64,000 nt of DNA from an uncultured Mycoplasmatota bacterium (GTDB taxonomy: Bacteria > Bacillota_I > Bacilli_A > RF39 > UBA660). The stretch is from positions 33,346-97,345 of the forward strand of contig CANOTJ010000002.1 of assembly GCA_947570175.1 (NCBI GenBank). Reading direction: 5' to 3'. The position numbers and the translations under genes were made by a program. Below the pieces are notes generated by a model. The model saw only the letters and a program-made list of their open reading frames with translations. It did no database searches and was not told the origin of the DNA. Shown here one piece after another: positions 29,077-37,580 of this stretch. Every line of letters starts with the position of its first letter. Within the stretch, counting starts at the first letter, position 1.

Positions 29077-31774
29077 AGATAATCGCTCCTATTCCTCCTA
29101 GAATAAACATTGTTCCAACAATTTCAATGAAATGTGATTCAGTAATACCTGTGCTTGGCACTTCAACGATTACTTTTTCATCAGTCATTGTTGCTTTTAC
29201 AATTTCGCCATCTTCAAGAATCTCAAAATACATTCTCTCTGGGTTTAAAGTATAGCCCTCTGGTGCTTCCTTTTCTAAAATATAGTATTTTCCATAGCGA
29301 ATTTCTGGAATAGTGATTTTTCCATTGTCATCAGTTCTTCCACTAAAAATCAACTCATCTTTATCATTGTAGATTTCGATTAAAGTATTTGGTAGTGGCT
29401 CTCCTGTTGATACATCAGTTTTAGTAAATTCAAGAGTTCCTGTTACTGGTTTATTTTTCATTTCAGCCTTAACGATTTCTCCGTTTTCTTTTAATTCAAA
29501 ATAAACTTTCTCATCAGTTATTACATAGCCTGTGCTTGGCTCTTTTTCTACGATATAGTATTTTCCAACCTTTAAATCAGTAATAACGATTTTTCCATCT
29601 TGATCTGTTTTACCAGTAAAGATTAGTTCATCATTTTCTGTATAGATTTCAACGATAGTATCTGGAATAACATCTCCATTTACTAAATCAGTTTTAGTAA
29701 ATTCAATAGTAGCCTTTTTAAGATAATTTAAAGCACTATATGATTCATAAACAACTGGAGTTTCATCATCAACTTGTTTTAATGTGAAATAGTGTTTATT
29801 TCCATCAAGAATATAGTCATCTTGTGTTTTTACTTCAATTAGATAGTATTTTCCTAGTGGAAGTTTCTTTGTTTTGGCATAGCCGTTTTCATCAGTAACG
29901 ATAGTATCTACTTTGTCGCCTTTATTATAGTATAAATGGTTTCCATCAGCAGACTTAATATCTTCTTCTGCATAGATTTCAAAAGTAACACCACTCAATT
30001 TTTTCTTGGCATAAACATATTCGCCATCTTTAATAACTAAATCTTCGCCGACTTTGTAAATTTCTAATTGACCTTTAATAGGTGTGTTCTTATAAGTTAC
30101 TGTGATAAATGCTCCATAAGTTGTGTAATTGTAATGTGTATCATTTCCAATAGTGAATTTTAAGCCATTTTTATCTTTTATATATCCACTTGGAGCAGAT
30201 ACTTCAATTAGTTTGTAATTTCCTGCGACTAATTTTAAAGGTGTTACTAAAATACCATTCTCATCAGTCTTAAATTCACTAATTACTTTACCACCTACGA
30301 ATTGTGATACATATTGTTTTGTATCTTCATTATAGATTTTGAAAGTAGTATCTTTAATAGCAATAGTCTTACCTGTTTCTTCATCTACTTTTCTTACTTG
30401 TAAATAAGCAGTCAAAGAGTTATTCAAAACATTGTAATATTGTTCTTTCTCACTTGTTTCACTTACTGTGATATAGAAGTCATAAATCTTCTCATAACCT
30501 GTTGTAGTATTTACTTGATGGAATTTCCAAACTCCATAAGGTAAATTGATAGAAGCATAACCGTTCTTGTCAGTTGTAATTTCATCAAACTTATTTCCAT
30601 TTGGAAAATAGATTTCAAAAGTAATGCCTTTTTCAGCATTTAAGAATTTTGTTTCTCCCTCAACGTGTTCGTATTGTTTTAAAATGCTTACATAGTTTTT
30701 AATTACTTTTTCTACAACATCTACTCTTGCAGAGTCTTTTCCTTTTACATCAATATTGTAGCGAGTTTTATCTAATTCATAACCCTCACTTGGTTTGATT
30801 TCTTGTAAATAGTAGTCGTTCCAGTCTAATACTGCGTCACTTTTAAAATATCCGTTTTCATCTGTAACAACTGTTGTCACTAATCTTCCAGTAGCAGTTT
30901 CGTATATACCATACTCTGCTCCTTTTAAAGTTGCTTGACCCTGTGCAGTTCCAGTTTCAACATCTTGTTTATAGCCCTCTACTGGTGTTGTATAACTATT
31001 TACTCTAACTCTAGCCATAACTGGATCAGTAGTTCCGGGTACAAACATATTTTGAATTTCGTTTCCTACGAATAACTTATAGCCACTAGCATAAGGCATA
31101 TTCTTTGTTAAAGTTAAATCAATTTTCCCATTTCTAGTAGGCTTAATTGTTAGTGTATTTCCATTAACACTATATTCTGCACCACTAACACTTACACTAT
31201 AATTTCCAAGTACATTGTTAGTATCTGTAAGAGTTATTGTTTCTCCTACTTGTGCTTTATACACACCACCATCAAAACTTGGTCTATCATAGTGGTGTTC
31301 GATTAGTCTATTGATTTCTGCTTTTTCTGCTGACACATCAAAGTTAGTACCTGCTCCCCATCTTTCTGTTGAGAAAGTTGTATTTGCTCCTTGACCAATG
31401 ATAATGTCCCATATCATACCTTGTGTTGCTGCACGATATTGTAGTGTCTGGTGTCCGGGATAAGTATAACCGTAGTAGCCGATTAACAATAGCCTTTCTT
31501 TTATTTCATTTGGAAGTCCTGTTGCTTCCCAACTTCCGGGATTATAAGTAGTTCCCTCTGGTATATTTGGCTCTATACAATATGATACTTCGCCATCCAT
31601 TTCATATTGCATAAAATACCACGAATGATGGTCTGTTCCATCTGCTCTTGCTCGGTCATAGTAATAACCGGATTTTGTTTTTGTTAAAGTTGCTGCATTT
31701 ACTGCTTGAGCATTAACAGTAAAGCCAAGTAAAATACCTAGTGTTAAAACTAGGCACATTCCAATTTTTTTCAT
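29045..31774 (-). CDS. Cell-wall-anchored surface adhesin with Cna-B/SpaA-type repeats and a possible N-terminal thioester-like domain
   Basis: Signal peptide MKKIGMCLVLTLGILLGFTVNAQA; five repeats of 'TD(E/D)NG...G(K/N)YY...E...P.GY'; C-terminal 'VPSTG' + TM helix + KKKK tail; N-terminal 'SYCIEPN' Cys motif. Confidence 0.75.
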   Translation of the reverse strand: MKKIGMCLVLTLGILLGFTVNAQAVNAATLTKTKSGYYYDRARADGTDHHSWYFMQYEMDGEVSYCIEPNIPEGTTYNPGSWEATGLPNEIKERLLLIGYYGYTYPGHQTLQYRAATQGMIWDIIIGQGANTTFSTERWGAGTNFDVSAEKAEINRLIEHHYDRPSFDGGVYKAQVGETITLTDTNNVLGNYSVSVSGAEYSVNGNTLTIKPTRNGKIDLTLTKNMPYASGYKLFVGNEIQNMFVPGTTDPVMARVRVNSYTTPVEGYKQDVETGTAQGQATLKGAEYGIYETATGRLVTTVVTDENGYFKSDAVLDWNDYYLQEIKPSEGYELDKTRYNIDVKGKDSARVDVVEKVIKNYVSILKQYEHVEGETKFLNAEKGITFEIYFPNGNKFDEITTDKNGYASINLPYGVWKFHQVNTTTGYEKIYDFYITVSETSEKEQYYNVLNNSLTAYLQVRKVDEETGKTIAIKDTTFKIYNEDTKQYVSQFVGGKVISEFKTDENGILVTPLKLVAGNYKLIEVSAPSGYIKDKNGLKFTIGNDTHYNYTTYGAFITVTYKNTPIKGQLEIYKVGEDLVIKDGEYVYAKKKLSGVTFEIYAEEDIKSADGNHLYYNKGDKVDTIVTDENGYAKTKKLPLGKYYLIEVKTQDDYILDGNKHYFTLKQVDDETPVVYESYSALNYLKKATIEFTKTDLVNGDVIPDTIVEIYTENDELIFTGKTDQDGKIVITDLKVGKYYIVEKEPSTGYVITDEKVYFELKENGEIVKAEMKNKPVTGTLEFTKTDVSTGEPLPNTLIEIYNDKDELIFSGRTDDNGKITIPEIRYGKYYILEKEAPEGYTLNPERMYFEILEDGEIVKATMTDEKVIVEVPSTGITESHFIEIVGTMFILGGIGAIIYVKKKKQNQE

Positions 31775-31840
31775 TTTTAATTTTCTCCTTTCTTGCTCCT
31801 AAAATTAGGGCATAAAAAATGACTCTTGTTTTAAGAGCCA

Positions 31841-32536
31841 CTAATACATACTTTTTAATTTTGCGTCATTTCCCTCGCCACTTTCACAAAAGAAGTGTAA
31901 ATAATAACCTGTTCCCTCATCATCAATTACCGGATATACCCTATAATACCTTATGTCTGGTTTTATCGGTGCTTCTGGGTGTTGTTCGTTATAATCTAAA
32001 ACATAATCCAGTTCTTTACTTTTAATCTCTGCACCTCGAGCATTTGCTTCACTATCGGTTGCAAACTCTTTTTTACCACCAGTTATTGAATCATAAAGTT
32101 TTGTAGTTGCTCCACCATTTTGTGGCTGACTACTTGGCTTTTGACTTGAGGTTGGATTATTATTTTCTTTTGGTTTTTGCGTTTCTTTTGGAGTATCCTT
32201 TGGAATTTCTTTTGAAACAGAATTATTTTGTTTATTTTCTTGTTTCACTTCATTTTTACTAGCCGAAGAAACATTGTTGTTTTCTGGTTTAGGATCTGAC
32301 TTAACTTCTTCCTTTGTTTCTTTTACTTCCACAACTTTTTGCTCTGGTATTTTTTCACTTTCTGTTACTTTGTTTTCTTCGCTTTTAGATTCTTCTGCCA
32401 CTTTTTCTTCTACGATTTTCTCGCTAACATTAACCTGTTCTAGTTTTGGCTGTTCTTCTTGTTTATTCTGCAAATAGAAAACTGTACCTCCTGTCAATGA
32501 AATTAAAATGCTTATCAAAATCAATATTTTTTTCAT
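31841..32536 (-). CDS. Secreted low-complexity K/E/P/S-rich protein (231 aa)
   Basis: N-terminal signal/TM helix; long charged low-complexity region; conserved-looking C-terminal about 80 aa. Confidence 0.45.
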   Translation of the reverse strand: MKKILILISILISLTGGTVFYLQNKQEEQPKLEQVNVSEKIVEEKVAEESKSEENKVTESEKIPEQKVVEVKETKEEVKSDPKPENNNVSSASKNEVKQENKQNNSVSKEIPKDTPKETQKPKENNNPTSSQKPSSQPQNGGATTKLYDSITGGKKEFATDSEANARGAEIKSKELDYVLDYNEQHPEAPIKPDIRYYRVYPVIDDEGTGYYLHFFCESGEGNDAKLKSMY

Positions 32537-32701
32537 ACAAAATCATCCCTTTCTTGATTTGTTGAAATTAGTATAAACTAAAATATTTTTAATTGCATTT
32601 GTGTAAATTTCTAATATATATTTTTTTCAGTTAGTAATAACAGTTAGTATATATACTAGGGGTAGGTTGTAGGAAGGGGAACAATGGAATAGTAACTCCC
32701 A

Positions 32702-33643
32702 CTATCTAGCACCCTGTTGTTTCTGTCTTTCCATAGCCCTATTGTAATAGTCTAATGCTTTGTAAATATGCTTTACCCATTCAGTTGTTGGCATACCTCT
32801 AGGCATTTTAGGTTGTAAGTCTTTAAAATCTAATTTTAGTTTTTCTACTTGATTAGGTTTTTCACGGCTCATTATTTCTTCAATCTTATCTTCATCTAAC
32901 TTCCCACTCTTACTCAATTCTTTCATTTCTTGGGCTTGAGATACTGTTGGTGAAGCAACATTACATTCCATACTATTTAAAAGCCATTCTTGTTCTTGTT
33001 TAGTAAGGAATGATATTTCATACGCTGGGCTTAATGCTATACTTGGTGAAATATTAAGCGAATCATTATCTACCATATCAAGTAATGGTTTTATCAGTTC
33101 AGTAAGTCTTATAAATCTATGAACATTAGATTTACTTTCGCCCACTTCTTCTGCTAATATCTCAAGAGATTTTTTCCCAGACAACTTGTTACCGACTTGG
33201 GAACAAGTTAAATCATTTCTTTGTCCTTGATGTGTCATTGCTTCCAACTTCATTTTATAAGCATAGGCTCGTTCACTAGGTAAGATATGTTCTCTTTGTA
33301 AGTTACTATCTACCATTATTATAGTGGCTTCATCATCTGTAAGGTTTCTAACTATACACGGCATAGTTCCTTTATTAGCAATTTCACTTGCTTTTTTTCT
33401 TCTATGTCCAGAAATAATTTGATATTTACCATTTGGAAGTGGTCTAACAAGTACAGGTAACAATACACCATACTCACTTATGCTTTGTGCCATTTCTTGC
33501 ATTTCTTCATTCACAATTACCTTAAATGGGTGATTTGGGAAGTCTTGAATATCTGTTAGTGCTATATCAACAACTTTTTCTGAATTTCTATCTTGTCGTT
33601 CTTGTTCTGTTGTAAATAAATCATCTAACTTTGGCAACGGCAT
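32702..33643 (-). CDS. parB: ParB/Spo0J-family partition protein
   Basis: ParB box 'QIISGHRRKKASEIA'; start proposed at Met30 (ATG 33643); the listed longer ORF would overlap parA by 110 nt. Confidence 0.75.
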   Translation of the reverse strand: MPLPKLDDLFTTEQERQDRNSEKVVDIALTDIQDFPNHPFKVIVNEEMQEMAQSISEYGVLLPVLVRPLPNGKYQIISGHRRKKASEIANKGTMPCIVRNLTDDEATIIMVDSNLQREHILPSERAYAYKMKLEAMTHQGQRNDLTCSQVGNKLSGKKSLEILAEEVGESKSNVHRFIRLTELIKPLLDMVDNDSLNISPSIALSPAYEISFLTKQEQEWLLNSMECNVASPTVSQAQEMKELSKSGKLDEDKIEEIMSREKPNQVEKLKLDFKDLQPKMPRGMPTTEWVKHIYKALDYYNRAMERQKQQGAR

Positions 33644-34445
33644 TTTTATATCGGTCTTTGCCACTTTCAAGCACCTCCTTTGCAAATGAAGAATATGCGT
33701 CTGCCACTTTGCTATTTTTGTCATACTCAAAAATACTATTTCCAGTAGAAGTTGCTTCTGCTGTCTTTATTGCAAAAGGTATTTGCGTATCATAAAACTT
33801 AACTGCACTTCCATAATTTTCTTGTAGTTGTGTTCTCATTTCTTTTGATAAGTTAGTTCTCTTATCTACTAGAGTAATTAAAACGCCATCTACTTTTAAT
33901 TTAGGATTGATTTGATTTCTTACTTTACTAACAGTCTTTAATAGTTCGGTCATTCCCATAGCAGAAAGATATTGACTTTGCATTGGGATTATAACACTAT
34001 CGGCACTTGCTAACGCATTAACTGTTAGTATTCCTAAAGATGGCTGACAGTCTATAAGAATATAATCATAATTTTCTTTTACTTTAGATAAACAGTTTCT
34101 CATAGTGTACTCCCTACTCATAGCACTAAACAATGACATTTCTAATACTGATAATCTTAAATTAGATGGAATTAAATCTATATTTTCTTGATGGTGTAAT
34201 ATAGATTCACTTGTCTGGATATTTTCATCATTCATTGACTGTTCCATTAAATTAGCAATAGTTATCGGTATTTTATCAAGTTCTCGCCAACCCATAGAAA
34301 TCGTAAGACTTCCCTGTGGATCTGTATCAACTACTAATACTTTTTTGCCTTCCTTTGCTAAAGCAACACCTAGACTAAAAGTTGTGGTGGTCTTGCCCAC
34401 TCCACCTTTCTGATTAGCCACTGCAATAACTTTGCATTGCGACAT
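33621..34445 (-). CDS. parA: ParA/Soj-family partition ATPase
   Basis: Deviant Walker A 'NQKGGVGKTTTT'; start chosen at ATG 34445 (MSQCKV...) with AGGAGG 9 nt upstream. Confidence 0.8.
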   Translation of the reverse strand: MSQCKVIAVANQKGGVGKTTTTFSLGVALAKEGKKVLVVDTDPQGSLTISMGWRELDKIPITIANLMEQSMNDENIQTSESILHHQENIDLIPSNLRLSVLEMSLFSAMSREYTMRNCLSKVKENYDYILIDCQPSLGILTVNALASADSVIIPMQSQYLSAMGMTELLKTVSKVRNQINPKLKVDGVLITLVDKRTNLSKEMRTQLQENYGSAVKFYDTQIPFAIKTAEATSTGNSIFEYDKNSKVADAYSSFAKEVLESGKDRYKNAVAKVR

Positions 34446-34807
34446 ATACATTTTCCTCCTTTCTTTAAACTCTAGCCACTCTATAAAAATAAAATGGCTA
34501 TGTATGGGCATAAAAAAAGAACTGACTATTTCTAACCAGTTCAAAGTATGTTTATAAAATTATCTTTTATTTGCCAACTTTAATAGCAATTTATCAATAT
34601 AATAAGTATCTTCATTATCTTTAATCAGTTTGTTTCTAAACTCTACTAATTCATCTATAATTATTCTATATTCATTATAATTTACTTTAAGTTTTATTTT
34701 TTTCATAAAAATTACACTTCCATTCATAAATATAGTATAATATGAATTGGTATTAAAATAAAAATGTGTGTTCTACTTTTTAAATGAATTTATCGACAAT
34801 TTATAGG

Positions 34808-35030
34808 GGGTTGCAATGTCGTAATCACCTTTCTAATTCTCATCATAAATATCATTAAAATCACTATGTTTTTATCAATTTTTAGTAATTTTACCACTTT
34901 TTACATTAAAATGTGCAAGATCTAAAATCAAAGAAAGCCTTTATTTATAAGGGTTTGCTAGGGGGTTGCAATAAATCGTAATCAACCAGTTGATAGTCGT
35001 ATTTTGTCGATTATTTTCCATTTATTTCAC
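34808..35030. repeat. Copy A of an about 220-bp direct repeat (about 80% identical to 36722..36940), bounded by 'GTCGTAATCACC' / 'ATCGTAATCAACC' boxes
   Basis: Manual alignment of the two regions; shared blocks 'CACTATGTTTTTA', 'TTTATTTATAAG(G/A)GTTTG', 'AAATCGTAAT(C/T)AACCAGTT', 'TTGTCGATT'. Confidence 0.7.
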
Positions 35031-35459
35031 TTCCTTTATTTTGCTTATTTCAAAATATTGAGTTTTCACTCCAGCTTCATTCAAAATTTTAAAAGCTTCT
35101 TCATCAGGATATTTATTAGCATAAATAACTTTTTTAATTCCAACATTTATTATAAGCTTTGCACAAATCATACAAGGAGACTTTGTTACATAAATTGTTG
35201 AATTATTTAAATCATACCCTTTCTTCAAGGAGTTTAATATTGCGTTTTGTTCTGCGTGAACAACTCTGCATAACTCTTGCCTTTCACCACTTTTTAAATT
35301 ATAGTTCTTTCTTAAACAAGTATCTATTGTACATGGTATACACCCATTAGGTACAGAATTATTTCCTTTTCCTAATACTTTTCCCTTTAAAAAAATAACA
35401 GCTCCAACTTTTCCCTTTGCACAATTAGCATTTTTTGACTCTTCAATCGCTATTTTCAT
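35022..35459 (-). CDS. dCMP/cytidine deaminase family zinc enzyme (ComEB-like)
   Basis: 'HAEQNAI' and 'PCMICAKL' zinc-binding motifs; start likely Met11 (alternative TTG at 35489 overlapping the upstream stop). Confidence 0.7.
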   Translation of the reverse strand: MKIAIEESKNANCAKGKVGAVIFLKGKVLGKGNNSVPNGCIPCTIDTCLRKNYNLKSGERQELCRVVHAEQNAILNSLKKGYDLNNSTIYVTKSPCMICAKLIINVGIKKVIYANKYPDEEAFKILNEAGVKTQYFEISKIKEVK

Positions 35460-35490
35460 AAATCTTTCATTCACTAGAATCACTTCCAAA

Positions 35491-35781
35491 CTATCTATAT
35501 AAATTTTTTAAAACATTAGTAAGACAATCTTCTGCTGTTTTATCTGTATCAGAAAAACGTATTCTAACTAATCTTCCATTTACCTTAAATACATAAGGAT
35601 TTTTTGTCTTCATAATAAAATCTAATATTCTTTCCTCACTAGGTTTTCTTCTATCTATTTTTATAGAAGTTATCTCATCTACATTTTCTAATTTTACATC
35701 ATCAAGATTTACATTTCTGCAACGTTCTAATTTTTCTCTTAATTCTTCAATATTATATTTATTCATAAAATCACACTCCAA
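35491..35781 (-). CDS. Hypothetical protein (96 aa), co-transcribed with the deaminase
   Basis: ORF track; -35 TTAACA / 17 bp / -10 TATAAT promoter at 35784-35812 on the minus strand; its 3' end is duplicated as a remnant at 37447-37580. Confidence 0.5.
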   Translation of the reverse strand: MECDFMNKYNIEELREKLERCRNVNLDDVKLENVDEITSIKIDRRKPSEERILDFIMKTKNPYVFKVNGRLVRIRFSDTDKTAEDCLTNVLKNLYR

Positions 35782-35783
35782 CT

Positions 35784-35836
35784 AAATTATATAGTTAATC
35801 ATAATTATTGTTAAATGTGCAATTTTAATTTTTATC
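35784..35836 (-). promoter_or_regulatory. Predicted sigma-A promoter with upstream 'AATTGCACATT' box
   Basis: Reverse complement reads AAAATTGCACATTTAACA-17bp-TATAAT, then an RBS and ATG 35781. Confidence 0.45.
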
Positions 35837-36705
35837 TATTCATTAATGGTACTTTCTATTTTTGGTTGCTCATCAACATATTGATAATTAAGTGCATTTT
35901 CTTTAGATATTGCAGATTTATTTGTCTCTTTTTCATAGGAAAGCCTTGCATCATTTGCAACTTTTCCGCCTCGCTTTGCAACATTCATATTTTCCTTTAA
36001 ACCCTGTGGATGTTCAGAAGTTGCAATATCGCGAGCAGCAATTTCACTAATATTAGTTAGCGCAACTTCTATATCAGTCATATTATCTCTTAAAGATTCT
36101 TTTCTAAGTCCTTTTAACTCTTTATACTCACTTGCTTTCATTCCAGACCAACCTTTATAAATTTCGTTTGTAAGTAAGGCATATTCCATCGGCTTGGTTA
36201 TGCCTCCTTCTTTCCAAATATCTGTAAGTTTAAATCTATCTACAATTCCTGTTAGTCTAGCCTTAATCCATTCATCAGAATATCCTTTGTTACGATAATA
36301 ATTTACTGCACGATTTATTGCAATTTCAGGATCAAATACTTCATCAATCCTCTCACTACCTAAATTAGCTAACCAAACTTTAAATGGTTCGGCCTTAGGG
36401 CTAGAAACTGATTCAATTAATCTTAATATTCCCTTTGTATCTAAAGCATCAGTTATACGATTTTTACCATCCTGAGCCTTCATTTTCAACTGCACGATTT
36501 CTTCGTGCAGTTCACTTCCTTCATCAATTAATCTTCTTTTTAAATCGCTCCAATAATTTCTTGGGATTTTTGCTTCAGTTAATGCACTTATTACATCGAC
36601 AACGCTAAAATAATATTCTTCTTTTTCACTATCCCAAATGCTTCTTATTTCTTTACCATCAAATAAATTTGATATTGTTTCTAATTTGTTGTTCAAATAT
36701 AACAC
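35836..36705 (-). CDS. Bro-N domain protein (phage anti-repressor / DinD-like)
   Basis: N-terminal 'FDGKEIRSIWDSEKEEYYFSVVDVISAL' Bro-N signature. Confidence 0.6.
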   Translation of the reverse strand: MLYLNNKLETISNLFDGKEIRSIWDSEKEEYYFSVVDVISALTEAKIPRNYWSDLKRRLIDEGSELHEEIVQLKMKAQDGKNRITDALDTKGILRLIESVSSPKAEPFKVWLANLGSERIDEVFDPEIAINRAVNYYRNKGYSDEWIKARLTGIVDRFKLTDIWKEGGITKPMEYALLTNEIYKGWSGMKASEYKELKGLRKESLRDNMTDIEVALTNISEIAARDIATSEHPQGLKENMNVAKRGGKVANDARLSYEKETNKSAISKENALNYQYVDEQPKIESTINE

Positions 36706-36721
36706 CTCTTTTCTATATTCT

Positions 36722-36940
36722 TAAATGTCTTAATCACCTTTATAATTTCTATTATAAATAACAACAAAATTACTATGTTTTTACGAGTTTTTAGTGTTTT
36801 TAACCATTTTTCAAATGAAAATATGCAAAATCTAAATGGAAGAATTTTCTTTATTTATAAGAGTTTGATGATGTTCTTAATTAAATCGTAATTAACCAGT
36901 TTATATTTTCACCATCTTGTCGATTCTCCATTTTTAATCA
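36722..36940. repeat. Copy B of the about 220-bp direct repeat (pairs with 34808..35030)
   Basis: Manual alignment; lies between the GNAT gene stop and the Bro-N gene start. Confidence 0.7.
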
Positions 36941-36945
36941 CTTTC

Positions 36946-37446
36946 TCACTGTAATTCTATTTTATAATATCTTGTTCCATCAATTTCTTCTAATAGTATT
37001 CCACCATTATTTTCTATAACTTTTGCAGAAGCAATATTACCTGCAGAAGATTGCCCATAAATTTCCTTAAAACCTAATTTGTTAAATTCATCTAATACTA
37101 ATTTTAATATTTTAGTACCATATCCTTTTTTTCTTTCAGATATCCTAATTGCATAATAAAAATTTCCTGACCATTTTTTCCATTGATCATCTATTTTAGT
37201 TCTTAGAGCAATATATCCTACTGGGATATCATTAACATACATAATATAAGTGACAGTTGGTGTATCATACTCACTAATATTCTGATATTTTCTTGCAAGT
37301 TGAGTTTCTAAATAGGCTTTAAATACATCATAAGACAAACCATTACATAAATTAGTTGACCCTGATTCTTTTAGTGGGATATCTTGATACATTTCATATT
37401 CAATAATCCCCATATTCATATTTAACTCTTTTAATTCATATTTCAT
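36946..37446 (-). CDS. GNAT-family N-acetyltransferase (166 aa)
   Basis: Motif 'RKKGYGTKILKLVL'; AGGAG RBS. Confidence 0.7.
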   Translation of the reverse strand: MKYELKELNMNMGIIEYEMYQDIPLKESGSTNLCNGLSYDVFKAYLETQLARKYQNISEYDTPTVTYIMYVNDIPVGYIALRTKIDDQWKKWSGNFYYAIRISERKKGYGTKILKLVLDEFNKLGFKEIYGQSSAGNIASAKVIENNGGILLEEIDGTRYYKIELQ

Positions 37447-37580
37447 TTTATCATAACTCCTATTTATATAAATTTTTTAAAACATTAATCAAACAATATC
37501 CAACATTTTCATCTGTATCTGAAAACATATTCTAACTAATTTCCCATTCACTTTAAATATATAAGGATTCCTTACCTCTA
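37447..37580 (-). pseudogene. Truncated, frameshifted remnant of the 3' end of a paralog of the 96-aa gene 35491..35781
   Basis: About 80% nt identity to 35491-35620; translates '...NPYIFKVNGKLVRI' versus '...NPYVFKVNGRLVRI', then a frame change due to a 1-nt difference in a T-run. Confidence 0.6.

Noticed and set aside
29300-31100. Regular about 400-nt periodic repeats that could be mistaken for a repeat array
   Set aside because: They are in-frame Cna-B/SpaA-type protein domain repeats inside the adhesin ORF, not spacer-repeat units. No CRISPR-like short direct repeats with unique spacers were seen anywhere in the window.
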